64,000 bases of DNA from Utricularia gibba (Eukaryota > Plantae > Magnoliophyta): NCBI GenBank assembly GCA_002189035.1, contig NEEC01000021.1, forward strand, positions 124,001 to 188,000, read 5' to 3'. Below the pieces are notes generated by a model. The model saw only the letters and a program-made list of their open reading frames with translations, was not told the origin of the DNA and made no database searches. This document shows positions 24,805-38,090 of this stretch, in pieces. The stretch's first letter is position 1. Each line of letters starts with the position of its first letter. The position numbers and the translations under genes were made by a program.

Positions 24805-27320
24805 CAATCCTTTTAAACACATTATCGGGGTGCATGCATATTTGAAAAAAGCCTGAACGTAAGTCAGGTTTGGAAAAGCAAGTAGCACCATATAATTCAT
24901 CAAGTAGATCATCGACCAAGGGAATTGGGAAAAGATTCTTTACCGATATGGAGTTGAGATACCAATAGTCGATGCACATGAGCCAACCACCATCTTTTTT
25001 CGATACAACTAATACGGGAGCAGAAAAGGGGCTTTGGCTTGAGCGGATGAAACTGGAAGTGAGTAATTCGGTTATAATAGATTCGAACTCGGATTTCAAG
25101 TGGTGTGGGATACGATATGGAGGGGACTTCCGTGGTGTGGTATTGGTGAGAAGGGGAATGGAATGTTGGATAGATCGTCTAGGGGGAGTTGGGAAGGGAC
25201 TCGGGAAGACATCATCATAGGTGGAGAGGAGAGATTGGATGGAGGAATGAAGAGTTTTGAGGGATGAGTCGGCGGGAGGTTCGGTAGCAACAAACCAGAT
25301 TTGGGCTACCCAACATGAAGGAGTTTTACGAATATAGGAAGTAGCTGTGTCGGCTGAAATGAGAGATAGAGAGGCAGAGAGTAAAAAGCACTGGAGATGC
25401 ACTAGTTTAGAATCTTGATGAATAGTGAAAATCATCTTAGAGTAATCTTCTCCAGTGGGGCTGTGTTGGTGAAGCCAGTTGCCACCAAGGACCATATCGT
25501 ACTCCCTGTTGAAATTATATGCCCTAAAAGAGAAACAAAAAGGTAAGTTGTGCACAATCCAGCAAAAATCAGTGAATAATTCTTGGTTGATGAGCTGAGT
25601 TTTTCCGCCGGCTGTGCGAATAAAAATGGGGGTGGTAGGTTGGGAGATGAGTCCAAGAGATTTGGGGAAGGAAGAATCGAGGAAACTACTAGTGCTGTCA
25701 TTATCGATGAGGATAAGAAAGTCTCTATTGTTAAAACAGTTGTATAAACGGAATTGGTTGTCTATGGTTTCACCAATGATAGCATGCATTGAAATGGTTT
25801 CCTCTGGGTGGGAGGGAGTGATGTCGGGAGAGGGGGTGGATTTTCTTCTGCTTCTAAGCTGGTTTCATCATCGTCAGAGAGAAGAAAAATTTTTCGAGAA
25901 GAGCAGCGGTGATCTCTAGAGAAAGGGGCACCACACTTGATACAGAGGTATTTTTCAAGGCGTTCACATACCAAGTCATCAGGGATATGAGTCCTTGGTA
26001 ATTTAGGTAGAGGACGGGGGCTTAAGGATTGAGGTGGTTGCAAATCCACCGAAATTTTAGGAAGATATTCTTTATGGGGATGACGAGAATCCATTTCCAT
26101 CTCCTTAGCCATCACAAAGTGAAGAATCTTTGATTTAGTTTTGAGTTGGGCAAAGAGGACGGCTGCCTAAAGATCCTTACGTAGCCCACTGGCAAAGGCT
26201 GCTGGGAAGTTGGTGGCCAAAAAGTGGGGTGAAGGCTAATAATTTGGGAGCGAAGGATTTCATATCGCTCAATGTAATCTGCTAGAGAACCGGTTTGGGT
26301 GATTTTCATGAACTCTGCTAAGACTTGAAGGGGATTAGAATCGTCGAAACGTTTTAGAAAATCAGTTGAAAAGTCCTCCCAACTAGCCAACGGGTTCAAA
26401 GACTTATATCCGTCCAACCAAGCATCGGCTGAGAAGTTATCTCTGATTTATCTCTGTGTTAATGCAAAGAAGTAGGGAAATTGGTAAGGGGGTGGACCGG
26501 TGGGGGGCCTAGAATAGAAGTTGAGGGGGAACCATTGAGGAAAGGGGTTCAATAGGAGGTTTGATGAGGGAAGAGAACTCCCGGTGAATGGTTTCTTTTA
26601 GTGAGAGTGTGACCGCCTGGAGGGAGTCGGTTACATGTTGCTCATGCTATTTACGAGAGAGTTCCAATGATTGAATAAGGGAGAGGAGTTGTTGTGCTTG
26701 CGATTGGTGAGATGCTTCAGACTCCTTAAGGGAGTCATTGAGTGCCTTCTGATTTGCTTCCAAAACTGCTAGGTGGGATTGGTGTGCTTCAAAGGAGTTA
26801 CGCAGATCCAACTGAGAGGTGAGAAGTTGACGTAGCCGGAGGGTAAAAGTATCTGGGTGAGGGATTAAATCAGCATAATCTGATAAATCATCTCGAGGAT
26901 GGGATCCTTCCATTATAATATTTTGGGGAGAGTATTTGTTTCGTTCCCTACAACGGCCTCTTCTTTGCGGACCCAGTGTGCGCTCTAATACCAGATGTGA
27001 AGATACGGGATCGAAGGGAAAGGGGAAGAGGTAAGAAAGAGAAGGGTAGTCAATACTCGATACCCATAGTTTCACAATAGGGGTATAAATACACCCTTTT
27101 GCAATGGCTATTTCCTACAAAATAGCTTAGTCATAGACCAGCTAAACAAAAGGTGGGATAGCATAGACTAACGGTCATCAGGGATTAAGGTGTTGGGTTA
27201 TCTTCATTTTGGGCTTTATCCTTTCTGGACTTATCCTTCTTTGGATTTCTCCTTGAGTAAACCTTGATTGGATCTGCTGGATTATTTGTCAATGAGGGTG
27301 ATCCAATTGGGATCGTGACA
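24805..27320 (-). mobile_element. Chromovirus-type Ty3/gypsy, 5' half (LTR-PBS-gag-protease-partial RT)
   Basis: ~325-bp LTR at 26996-27320 with TG..CA ends and tRNA-iMet PBS tggtattagagc at 26982-26993. gag SWEDFSTDFLKRF..QTGSLADYIERYE and CIKCGAPFSRDHRC; protease LILIDNDSTSSF; RT PPYRIP..SPFSAPVLVVSKKDGGWLMCIDY..DLRSGFFQI, truncated at ~24810. Confidence 0.92.
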
Positions 27321-30300
27321 TATGCCCACTGTATATGCAATGTCAACTCTCATGTAGTTCATAAGATGCATTAAGCTATCCATAATTTGTGCATACTCAT
27401 GTTGAGCTATTGAATCTCCTTTATTTTTATATAGTCCCATGTTGGATCACACAATGTTTTCACAGGTTTCACCTCGAAGTAATTAAATTTCCTCAAGAGT
27501 CTTTCCACATATTGATCCAATATTAACATGAAACCTTGATCATATTTTATGATCTTAACTCCAAAAATACATGAAACATTACCCATATCTTTCATATCAA
27601 ACCTTGAAGCTAATAATAATTTAGTATTGATAACAACCTGAATGTTGAAATCAAATATAAGGAAATCATTCATATATAAGTTAATTATAATACAATTGTT
27701 ATTGATTAACTTAGTATATGTGCATTTCTGTACTAACAATGTTGAAAATTCAGATGATGCTAGTACATCATTGAATTTTTTAAGCCCCTATTTGGATGCT
27801 TCTTTTTAGCCATATAATAACTTTCTCAGTTTACAAATTTTGTTTTCTTATCTTGTAGTTGCATATCTCTCAAGTTGGACTATATAGATTTCTTCTTCTA
27901 ATTCATCATTTAAAAAGACTATCTTTATATCCATTTGGTTAATCACTAAGTTCTAGATATAGGCGAGTGACGTTAGTGCATGGACAGAAGAGAATCGCAT
28001 CATTGGAACAAATATATCGAAATTGTCAACATTGGGCTTTTGTGTGAACTCTTCGCAATCAATCTGGCTTTGTGCTTATCAATCGTACCATCTAGATATA
28101 GTTTCTTCTTAAATATCCACTTACTTCTAGATGGATTTGCTCCTTGTGGTAAGTCTATCACCTCCCACACTTAATTTATTTATAAGGAATCAATCTCACT
28201 CTTAATAGCCTCTTTCCACTAATTTGAGTCAAGGGAAAAAACACTTCAATAAAGGTTAAAGGCTCTCTATCTATGAGATATATGTATAAGTCATCATCAA
28301 AGGTAGTTTCAATCCTTTTCATTTTACTTCTTATCAAGGTTAAATGACTGCATATCATTTGTGTCTATGGTGTTATTAGCATGTGTCAAGCCATCTCACC
28401 TTTATTTTCCCTAGGTGGGAAGATATTCTCAAAGAATTCGGTATTGTTCGTTTCCAAAATAGTGTGATGATTATCACACTATTTAATACAGGGAACTCAT
28501 ATGCGACATTTTTATTAGCATATCCCATAAACAAAAAATTTGATGTTTTAGACCTAGTTTTACTTTTCTTCGGGTCAGGTAGCATCACTTTTACTAAACA
28601 CTCCCACATTGTCAAATATTTTAGAGTGTCGCCTTTTCATATCTCATATGGAGTTTTCTTGGTTTCTTGTGTGAAGCTCTATTTTAGATATGACATGTGG
28701 TTAAAATACCTTCCCCCAAAAGTTATTAGGAGAAGCATAACCTATGAGCATTAAATTCATCATTTCTTTTAAAATTCTATTTTTTTATTTCTTCTACCCC
28801 ATTCAACTCATCAAATAATACATATTCCCCACCTCTATCTGATCGCACTCTCTTGATTTTTGTATCAAGTTGCTTTTTGTCCCATCTTTAAATAGCAAAA
28901 ATTTATCAAATGATTTAAATTTGTGTTTTCTATAAATAAACATGATTATCAGTAAATTTAACAATAAATTTATTGACCCCTTAGATATACACATTTTGAA
29001 ATTACATACATTTAAATGAATCAAATCAAGCAATTTTGATTCTCTAGTCACATGATAACATGTTTTCTTAGTCAATTTTACCTCTAAACATATATCACAT
29101 TTCAGTCCTAAGTCATGAAATTTAAAAAAATGAAATTAAATCTTACTTTTGCATTTGTTTTATGCACTCAAAATTTACATGTCCTAATCTAGCATGCCAT
29201 GTATTAAATGAAGATAGGACGTAATAACAAGTAGACATATTTTTAGTCATGATTGATGTAGACATAGTAGTAAACACAAAAACATTCAAATTCATTGCAT
29301 ACAACCCTCTAGGTGCTATATAACCCTTTTCCATAAAAACATCGTTTTGTGTGATAATGGCAGCTCATCTACCAAAGGAACCTTGAAGCTAGCATAATCT
29401 ATTTTGATTGTAGAGATAACGTTTGATGGCACATGTTTTCTCTGCATTTTATAATGTAAAATTATTATATTTTACCTTTAAAACATAATTTCATTTTTAT
29501 AGGCTAGGTTTGTGTTGTTTTTCATGTTTCATGTGTTCTTTAGCTTAATTTCATTTTTAGATTAAAAAATGAACTAAATCCTTTGATTTAGTTCACCTTG
29601 CGTCACTGATGATTACTTAAGTCCAGTAGGAGGATTCACATCAAATCAGACTCACAAATGTGTGGAATAAGTAGAAAAAGGCACAACATCCAAAGGAAGA
29701 CAAAGAGTACTATTCTGCCGCTTGTAGCCTGCAAGTTCAAGCCAAGTATATTACCGGTGTTAGGAACAGTGCATTGAAGTAAAGGAGGGAAAATATTTTT
29801 CAAAGGAGAGAGAGAATGAGGAGAGGAGAAGACTTTCAGTGAAACACAAGAAAGAAGCTCCTCCAACAATGAACACGAAATAGAAGGAAAAACAGGGGGA
29901 ATCTCAAGAAGGAGACCCTCCAATCTGAAGAGCCGCACTAGAGCCCAGTTCACTACTACTGTTCCGAGCCGTGAACAGTAGCAAACATGCATCAGAACAA
30001 TCTTTACTTCCTTTTCGTTTACTGAATGTTTTGAGTTTCTGTATCTGACTTACTTACAATGCTGTTATTTTCGCTGCATTATCTAAATGAAATCATGTTT
30101 ATCTTCCAAGTATGAGTAGCTAAAACTTTAGAGATGCCTTAAGATAAAGTATGGTGGTGTGGATATAGGGTTAATAATGCAATTTATATTTGTTTCTTAG
30201 TTCTTATTTCTATCATTCCATTGGTAGACCTATGGAGGGGACAAATAGCTTCGCAACTCAGATGCTTGATTTAGAGGTAGAGCAACAAATACAGGTGGGA

Positions 30301-31230
30301 GCAATAGGTATTAGGGTAGAACCAATAGCATCGGGTAGACCTAGTTCTATATACTTTACATGTAGGTAAACCTAATTGCAATGTTGATGATGATATTGGG
30401 GACTAGCTTAGCTGAAAATATTATGAATGACCTAGGTAGAATTAGGTTGTTTGGAGTTGTAAGCATAGGAACATGATAAATTAAATTAGAGACTTTAGTA
30501 CCACATCACTTGTATACCCTTAAGGCATCTTAATATTACTCTTTGTTAGAATCAATATTTGTTACTTTCAGCGTAGAGGTTTAATCTTATTTACTGAATT
30601 TGGTTACTACTATTAGTTTGAGCTTAGACTAAGAACTATTGTTATTTCGAATTCTACATCTGTTGAGACACTTGATAAGTACTGATCGATCTCGAATTCT
30701 GCTTTATATTTTGTGTTTAATTTGTATTTTATGAGGATTAGGGATTACAAATTTATTTGAGATGGATCTCTGTTTTTATTGCAACAATAATAGGAATTTT
30801 CATTTATCAATATTTGTCTTTATTGTAGGTGCAAGTAGCGCATCTTTCAGAATGACTATTTTTTCAGCGGTGAGCTTTAGAGTAATACCCCTTATCCAAG
30901 CATAGGAATGCTAGATTCATCTCCAAACTATATCAATTTCTATGCATTTCCCTCAAAAATTATATACTTGGAAAATGATTTTTTATTTGCACACACATGA
31001 TGTGTAGCTCCAGATTCCAAGATTCAATCATCATTCGAACTAATTAAGTTTTAATGGCTAATTATACCAATAAAGTGTTCATTCTCTGCACCATTAGCAA
31101 TTGTGAGCTTGGCTTTGGGGGGGGGGGGGGGGGGAGCACATCTCCATTCTTTCATGCTTTTATGTATCTCCATTGCGGTCTATGGTGACTTGGTTTTCCA
31201 TATACAAAACATTGTATCTTTTTCTTCTTA
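27321..31230 (-). mobile_element. Degenerate Ty1/copia internal region, split by an LTR insertion and cut by the chromovirus
   Basis: Minus-strand order: zinc knuckle CFVYGKPSHHRPQW (~31190), protease ILESGATHHVCA (~31010), KLTAEKIVILKDAL (~30870), GAG-pre-integrase TWHARLGHVN (29143-29334), integrase LLDLIHLNVC (28803-29075), RT QMDIKIVFLNDELEEEIY (~27930) and LYMNDFLI (27407-27739). Confidence 0.88.
29421..30786 (+). mobile_element. Gypsy (Athila-like) solo LTR inserted in the copia element
   Basis: It interrupts the copia pol between protease and GAG-pre-integrase, contains atgagtagctaaa at ~30116 and ends ttgcaaca. Possible TSD ATAAC/ATAAT. 30110-30786 is the reverse-complement homolog of 52030-52740. 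Confidence 0.7.
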
Positions 31231-31847
31231 AAGGGCCAGTTTGGTAGAATAGAATTCCATGGTTTTATTTGAATGGGAAATACAACTTATTTGTTTGGTA
31301 ACTGGGATTTATTTAAACCCTCTTCGAATGTGAACGTGCAATTTCTGAAATTGGTGAGTTCTAGTGAAACCCACCATATTGATGGGTTTATTAATATCCA
31401 GACTTTGCATAATTGCTTTTGACATTTTTAACCTTATTATTGATAAATTTCTATTATTCTTCTTTAACAAAATCTCAAAACCCTTATCTCCAAAGCTAGA
31501 TGTTATACTAACATCCTCCATAATACTAGCCAAGGACCCTTCAACATCATCTTTTCTTTCCATCTAGTTCCTCATTTTGCATGAATACACCAGGGTATTC
31601 TTGTAAAATATTCTTGTCCCCATCTCTCCCTTCACTCAAAAGCACAAATTTGGCACCTTTTCTTGAACTCCACTCAGATTTACAAACAATTTTATTACCA
31701 ATTGCTTCACTTCTTTGTGCAAAGCCCAAACAAAAGTAAAGTTACATCTTAATCTTTTTATGTTGTTTTACTTATTGTTTTTTGGATTATGTGAATTATC
31801 TTCTGAAAAAATATGATTTTATTGCCGATATCTTTTACAGATAACAT

Positions 31848-32090
31848 TATGGATAATAATATAGAAGAAGTCATGGCTATGATTGCTGTTAGAATTATAG
31901 CACAAAATTTGCTATTCATGAAATATATCATTGAAAAATATGTAAAAGAAATAAATGAGAATGATTTATATGAAATACTTGGAAATAGAAAGTATTCTTA
32001 TCCTTAAAGTTCCAAGAAAAATGGAAAGACTCAATAGATTCGTGTCTGATTTTAATAATACTACATTCGAAAGTTTGAGAATCTAAACAG
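31848..32090 (+). pseudogene. Harbinger transposase N-terminal fragment
   Basis: KVPRKMERLNRFVSDFNNTTFESLRI aligns with KIPRQIEYINRLVSDVNSAFIENLRI of the transposase at ~59240. Confidence 0.7.
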
Positions 32091-32169
32091 AAAGTAAATA
32101 AATATAAGTCTCATTATTCATAGGCTCATATTAATTTGCATAACAAAATAGATCAAGCATGAAAATGGA

Positions 32170-33130
32170 TAACAACGTTAGAATCTAAAGGGTAGCACTA
32201 ATATCTTTCACCATGACCATACGTTGACATTCCTCTACTCTCATAAATAATTACATCTTAACTTGACTGGACGTTATCAATTCACCAACCCTCATAAGTG
32301 TTGAATCATCTATTTTAAGTGGTAATGAAAAAGTATTACCAGCAACTTGTTCATAATTTCCATGATTTATGTACCATGACCAAGTCTCAATCCAAGTCGA
32401 TCTACTGCTTTAATTGTAACATCAGTCATTGTTTCCATTTGGGCTGCTAGTTCTGCACTTTTGGAAGATTCAATCTTCCTCTTCACAGGCAACTTGGTTT
32501 TTGATGCAGATAAGTTATATGACACATCACTAGAATGTTCTAAAAACATTGGCTGCACGGGAAATGATTCAATATCATTAAGATCAATAGAAGGATTATC
32601 CTAATTACTTTCATGAACATCTTCAACAAACTCATTGCATACATTTGTGAATTCTCTAGTTGTGCAATCTCGTCCAAATATTTCTTCCCAATCTGGAAAC
32701 AATGGAAATGCTTTATACCTCAACTTTGTCAATTTTGGAGTATTCTGCAAAGATAAATAAACATATAACAATCAATAATAATTTATTTAATATCATACTA
32801 TCTAAAATAAAAATTTATACCTGAATTATTTCTTGTCAAATTTCTAGTGTGACATCAATTACACAATTTGACGCATTCCAACTTATTTCAGAACGATTTA
32901 ATAGCTCTAAAATATCATAGTATACCTTTTTCCATGGATGATACTTCGAATCAATATGAGGGACTGCACGTAAATCTGATTGAGGACAGAATTTCAAAAA
33001 AATTCCACTTCAAGCTCCTTAAGATATCCTGGACGAAATCTATTTTCAGTCTTCCACCCAATTGATATAATTGTACGATATGCCAATATAAGAAATAACT
33101 CTTCTTGCATTGTCCAATCATCGGCCTTAT
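32170..33130 (-). pseudogene. Harbinger Myb/SANT-like ORF (Myb_DNA-bind_3 type), spliced
   Basis: WTMQEELFLILAYRTIISIGWKTENRFRPGYLKELE..DLRAVPHIDSKYHPWKKVYYDILELLNRS, then an intron (~32750-32820), then KLRYKAFPLFPDWEEIFGRDCTT. Confidence 0.85.
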
Positions 33131-33499
33131 CATATTCTTTGACATTTAATGTAAGGTATAATTTTGTTTTTCACAACGCTTTCTTTATTAATGTGCTCTT
33201 TAATATCATATAAATTCTAAGGGTATGTGAGAGAATTTTGGATTGGCATGAAGCACCTAAAGAACATGGCTCAATCATAAATCATTGGTAAGGCACATTT
33301 CATTTAATCCGTTTGCGAGATGTGAGATGTAGGGGTTAGAATCTAAGTGTGGGAAAAATAATTAATTATAACTCCCACACCAGTAAAAAAGTCAAGGATT
33401 CCCTAAAGAAAATAATCCTATTTGTCTATTGTACATTGCTAACATCAAGAAATGAAGTAATTGAGAATCTTGGGAGATCAACCATGCCTAAAAATTAGC

Positions 33500-36000
33500 T
33501 AAAGTTGTGATGAATCCTGTCTTAGAGATACTATGATGAGAAAATGCACAAGTATTAGCTATAACAAATCCACAATTACAAATTTGAAGAATGAGATCGT
33601 ACAGTTTAGTGCAATGTACACAATCTCAATTTATTTTGTTTTTAAAAATATTTTTTTCATAAATGTGGTATTACTAAATTGGGAGAATCCCCCAACTTCT
33701 TTTATAAAAAATATTTATTTTTTATAAATGGGCAAGCATGGAAAATGCGCATTTACATTGTTGGTGATATTTTTTATAAAAAAAAAAAACATAAGCACCG
33801 CAGTACACATTTTCAGCGCTTGTAATATTTTTATTTTTTTATATAAAAAAAACATTAGCACTGCATGGTTACTTTTTTTTAAAAAAAATGGGAACGCACT
33901 TCTAATGAACATTTGCTGTGATATTTTCATTTTGAGAGAATTGTGTCGTGCGGTTTATTGCTGCCCAATGTTGTTAAAAAAATTTTTTTTTTAACAAATC
34001 ACCATCTTGATTTCAAAGAAACATTTGAAAGAGCAATGATGAAATATTTGAAGTTTCCCATTTAACTATAAGGGAAAAGAAAAATGCAATTGTTTGGATT
34101 TGGTCATCACATTCGCCAACGCCGTGCATTGGGAGCCAATGGATTACTAATTTAAGAAAATGGGGGTCATGGAATTCAGTGCAATCCATGAAGCTAATAA
34201 ACATATATAGACCCTTAGATGTTCATCACATTATGCACATCATTCCTATTCTAGAAGCCTTAGAAAAGGTAAACAACAAGAAACTAATGAAAACATCAAC
34301 ATATCCAATTTACTTTTTACTGGAGTGGTGAGCTAGCTTCTAAAGAATCGAAGCCAAAGGAGATCGATAACTTGCTAAATGATTGTTCATCCATAATATA
34401 CGACCTGCATCAGAAAAAAACAATCAGAAGAACTGGTTTTGTCAACAAATGAAGAGCAATGCACCATGAAAGGATGTTCTTAATACCATCCATTGATTTT
34501 AAAACAACATTTCTCATATAACAAACATATTATTGTTTGAGTAGTGGAATGTAAATTTAATAATAATATAAATAACATTTTATCATAATAACACATTTTA
34601 TCCAACTAAAAGCCAGATTATTTGAATTGGGAGGTCATTGTTAAAGAACAATGTTTTATTGATGATCCCGTTAGAGACCTATCTTGCTCTTCCAACGTGT
34701 GGTGGTTGTTGTTTCTTACTATCTCGCTCATCTTCTAAACAATCTCACATATTTATACCTTGCCATCCAGAAGACAAAGCACATATTTCAATTGCAAAGG
34801 ACAAGCATCTTTTGACTTGGCACACCTTTAAAACGGATAAACTGTTACAATCTAATTACATGAAAATTGATGTGATATTTTTAATTATAAAAATAAATTA
34901 TATAAAATGTTTTTTAAAACAACAAGTCTGGTCGTGCAGATTTCATTAAATCGGATGACTCAAACCTTATTAATTATTAAAAAAAAATTGGTTTTTTGAT
35001 TAGTTATTAAAAAAATGTTGCTTGCAATTTTCTAATAGATGGGTAAGTACTGTAAAGGTGCATTTTGCTTGGATTTTTTTTTATATAAGAGCAAGCACTT
35101 AAAACAAATAGCAGTGATACTTGCTATTTTTGTTTAGTTTTTTTTTTTATAAAAAAGCATAAGCATCACAATACACATTTGTGGTACTTGTAATTTTTTT
35201 TATAAATAGGCAAGCATCACAAACACAAATTTGCACTGTTTATGATATTATAAATTTTTTTATAAAAAAATTTAAGCACTACAATGTGTATTGGTGGTGC
35301 TTGCAACTTTCTTTATAAATAGACCATCAGGGCAAATGTGCATTTGCTATACTTGTGATATTTCTAATTTTTATATAAAAAAGCATACACACCATGACGC
35401 ACATTTGTGGAGGTTGTAATTTTTTTTATATAAACGGGCAAACACCGCAATGCACATTTGCAATGCTTGTGACATTTTTCAAATTGAGAGAATTGGATCG
35501 TACGGTTTAGTGCAATCTGCAATCCCCCAGCTTATTTTTCAAAAATAATTATTTTTATAAATGGTCCAGCTCCGAAAACGCACAATTGTATTGTTTTGAT
35601 ATTTTTTTATAAAGAAAATTATCACCATCGCAATGCACATTTGTAGTACTTGCAATTTTTTGTTGTAAATGGTCAAGCACTACAAAAAAATGTAGTGTTT
35701 GTGACATTTGTATTTGTTTTATAAAAAAATTGAAGCATCGCAATGCACATATTTGCGATTATCACAATTTAAAAAAAATGGGAAGGCACTGCCAATGCAG
35801 GTATGTTTTGATATTTTTAATTTGCGAGAATGGGGTGGTGAAGTTTAGCGCAATTACCATATCTATTTACAAGGAAAACATTTGAAGGACCTTCGATGAA
35901 ATATTTGAAGTTTCCCATTTAATTATAAGGGAAAAGAATGAATATAAGTGTTTGGATTTGGTCATCACATTCACCAACATGGTGCATCGGGGGTCAATGG
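33500..36000 (+). repeat. ~2 kb repeat family block 3 (about 1.3 tandem units)
   Basis: The block aaacatttgaa...gatttggtcatcacattc recurs at 34018 and 35877 (period ~1.86 kb). Minisatellite arrays at 33600-33950 and 35000-35830. Confidence 0.85.
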
Positions 36001-38090
36001 ATTACTGCTATCCATACCTTTTCCCATTGTGAAGCACACCGGGATCCCATTGTTGCTCTAGTTTATTACTTTCCTTTATACATTCATGTATACAACTAAA
36101 ATGAAGTAAAACATCGGAGAAATAAGAATAATGGATGTAGAAAGCAGAAAACTTTGGAGTCAATTAATAATGGTAGTTTTGATACAGAAGACATATTATT
36201 AGATGCAGAAAGCTGAAAATTTGACATTAATGTTATACTTTCTTTTGGTTTTTGAATGTTTAGTTTTTACATGAAATAGAGTTGTAGTAATATTCCAGAA
36301 GAAAATGACTATGTTATCCATTTGAATTAATAGTTTTGATAGTCTTAACAGAATTTATGTTTCCATGCACAAAGATGAGCTAAACCAATGATTTGATCTT
36401 GAACTCTACAATCCAGCAACTATTGTTCGAAGCTAGAAGCGATATTGCGTCATGAGAGCACTTCAACTGTATGACATAGGCAAGATTAGAACATTTATTT
36501 CTATTTGACTTTTTGATTTTCAAAACATTACTAAGAACATATTTTTACTATGGTTTATTGAAGTTATTTTTCTCAGCTTTAGCATGAATAGCTAAGATAG
36601 TCATTATGACTTCGGAAGAAATTGGAGGGTATGCTCATTTAGTTTTGCACTAGATTGGCAGTGTGCTTATTTTTTATTAAAAAATAGTGGTGCATCTAAC
36701 TTAAATGTAGTCCAAAAGAGTTGAGGTATGGATAAATAGGTAGATTTTCTGGAATACAGATTAATAAAATCAAGTAGATTTAGTCTTATGTAATTTTTTA
36801 AATAATAGATCTAAGTATATGGTGATTTATGAAATTCAGAGGAATGAATACCAAAAACTCAAAGGCGCGGTCTGGTAGATTTATGTTATTTAGAGTTAGT
36901 TAGCACGTTAGAGAATTAGAGTTAAATAGCATGTGAGAAGTAAGCTCAATTTGGTAGATTAAGTGAACATACTACCCCTATAATCCTCTAAGGCACCTCA
37001 TTAGTGTTTGTTGATTTTACAGTTATGATCTTTTTGTACTAAAACTTTCATTATTGTAGTTGTTATTAAATCCCTATTAATTTTAATTTAAAATAACATT
37101 TATGTAAGAAAATGCATGAACATTTACACTACAGGTAACAATTTTTTGTGTTTGACTACAAAGCCACTATGTACATTATTTAGACTTGTAAGTTGTGTGC
37201 ATTAAAATTTATAAATTTATTTGATATGTTATGAATGGAAGCTTTTATAGGTTTCGTAAGCCTAAAGATTTTTCTCATAAAAATTAATTTGTATTCTGAA
37301 CATACAAATCGACATGTAATTCACAAATAAATTAATATAGTAGTAGTAAATCTAAGTTGATCTACAAAGAGTAAACATTTTATAATGATAGGTCCTATGT
37401 GTAAGTTGGATTAAATAGGGAGATTGGTCCAGAAGTTAGTCACTACTCTAACTACAATTGATAAAATACTTCTATTGGCTCCAAAACTACAAACAGAAAA
37501 CAAAGTACATAAATCGGCATTACAAGCAACAAACAGTGATTACTGCACTTAATTTGAGATTAAATTTGTCCGAGAATGGATTAAAATTCATCATCAGATT
37601 TCTGGGTTCTAAATGTGCATGCAAAAACAGTAACGATAATAGTCAAACAAACATGTTTAGATGATGTGGGCATTCATGCAAGTTAAACATTCAAATAGGA
37701 AACGTAAATCACATGGAAGTAAAATCCAGAAATAAAGTTTGTAGAAAATAAAATATTAGGCAAGATTCGCCAGTATTTTTCATTTTTTTCTCAAACAGCA
37801 TGGTTGCAAAACTTATTTTCCTTCTGTATTTGTGTCGCACTTGCGTGGCAGAACTTCTTAATGTTGAAGTTTTGTTCCAATGTCATGTAGAAACTTCCCT
37901 TCCCTTCTTGTCCATGGAAAATGCAGTTCATCGCTATCTCGATTCTTCTCCTACAAAAGTTATTGGAAATTCTCGTTCTCTTATATTTGGGTCTCAGCTA
38001 TACTTTTGAATGTCAGAGATTAGTTCTGTTGTCATACTGAAACTTCTTTTTCCTTCATCCTTTTCAACAAAGTCCCCCCTACCTCCCCCC

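Larger units (their letters stand above)
31232..33200. mobile_element. Internally deleted PIF/Harbinger element (right end not located)
   Basis: TAA followed by TIR-like agggccagtttggtag at 31232, a transposase 5' fragment on plus and a Myb/SANT ORF on minus. This is the same convergent layout as 54367-59853. Confidence 0.75.

Noticed and set aside
31117-31134. 18-nt poly-G run
   Set aside because: Simple homopolymer expansion inside decayed copia gag; its length may also be a sequencing artefact.
36865-36990. Tourist-like MITE starting aggcgcggtctggtag
   Set aside because: It resembles the Harbinger TIR, but no matching right TIR or TSD was found.
37800-38009. Possible gene or TIR-domain fragment
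   Set aside because: No convincing motif on either strand and no supporting splice structure.
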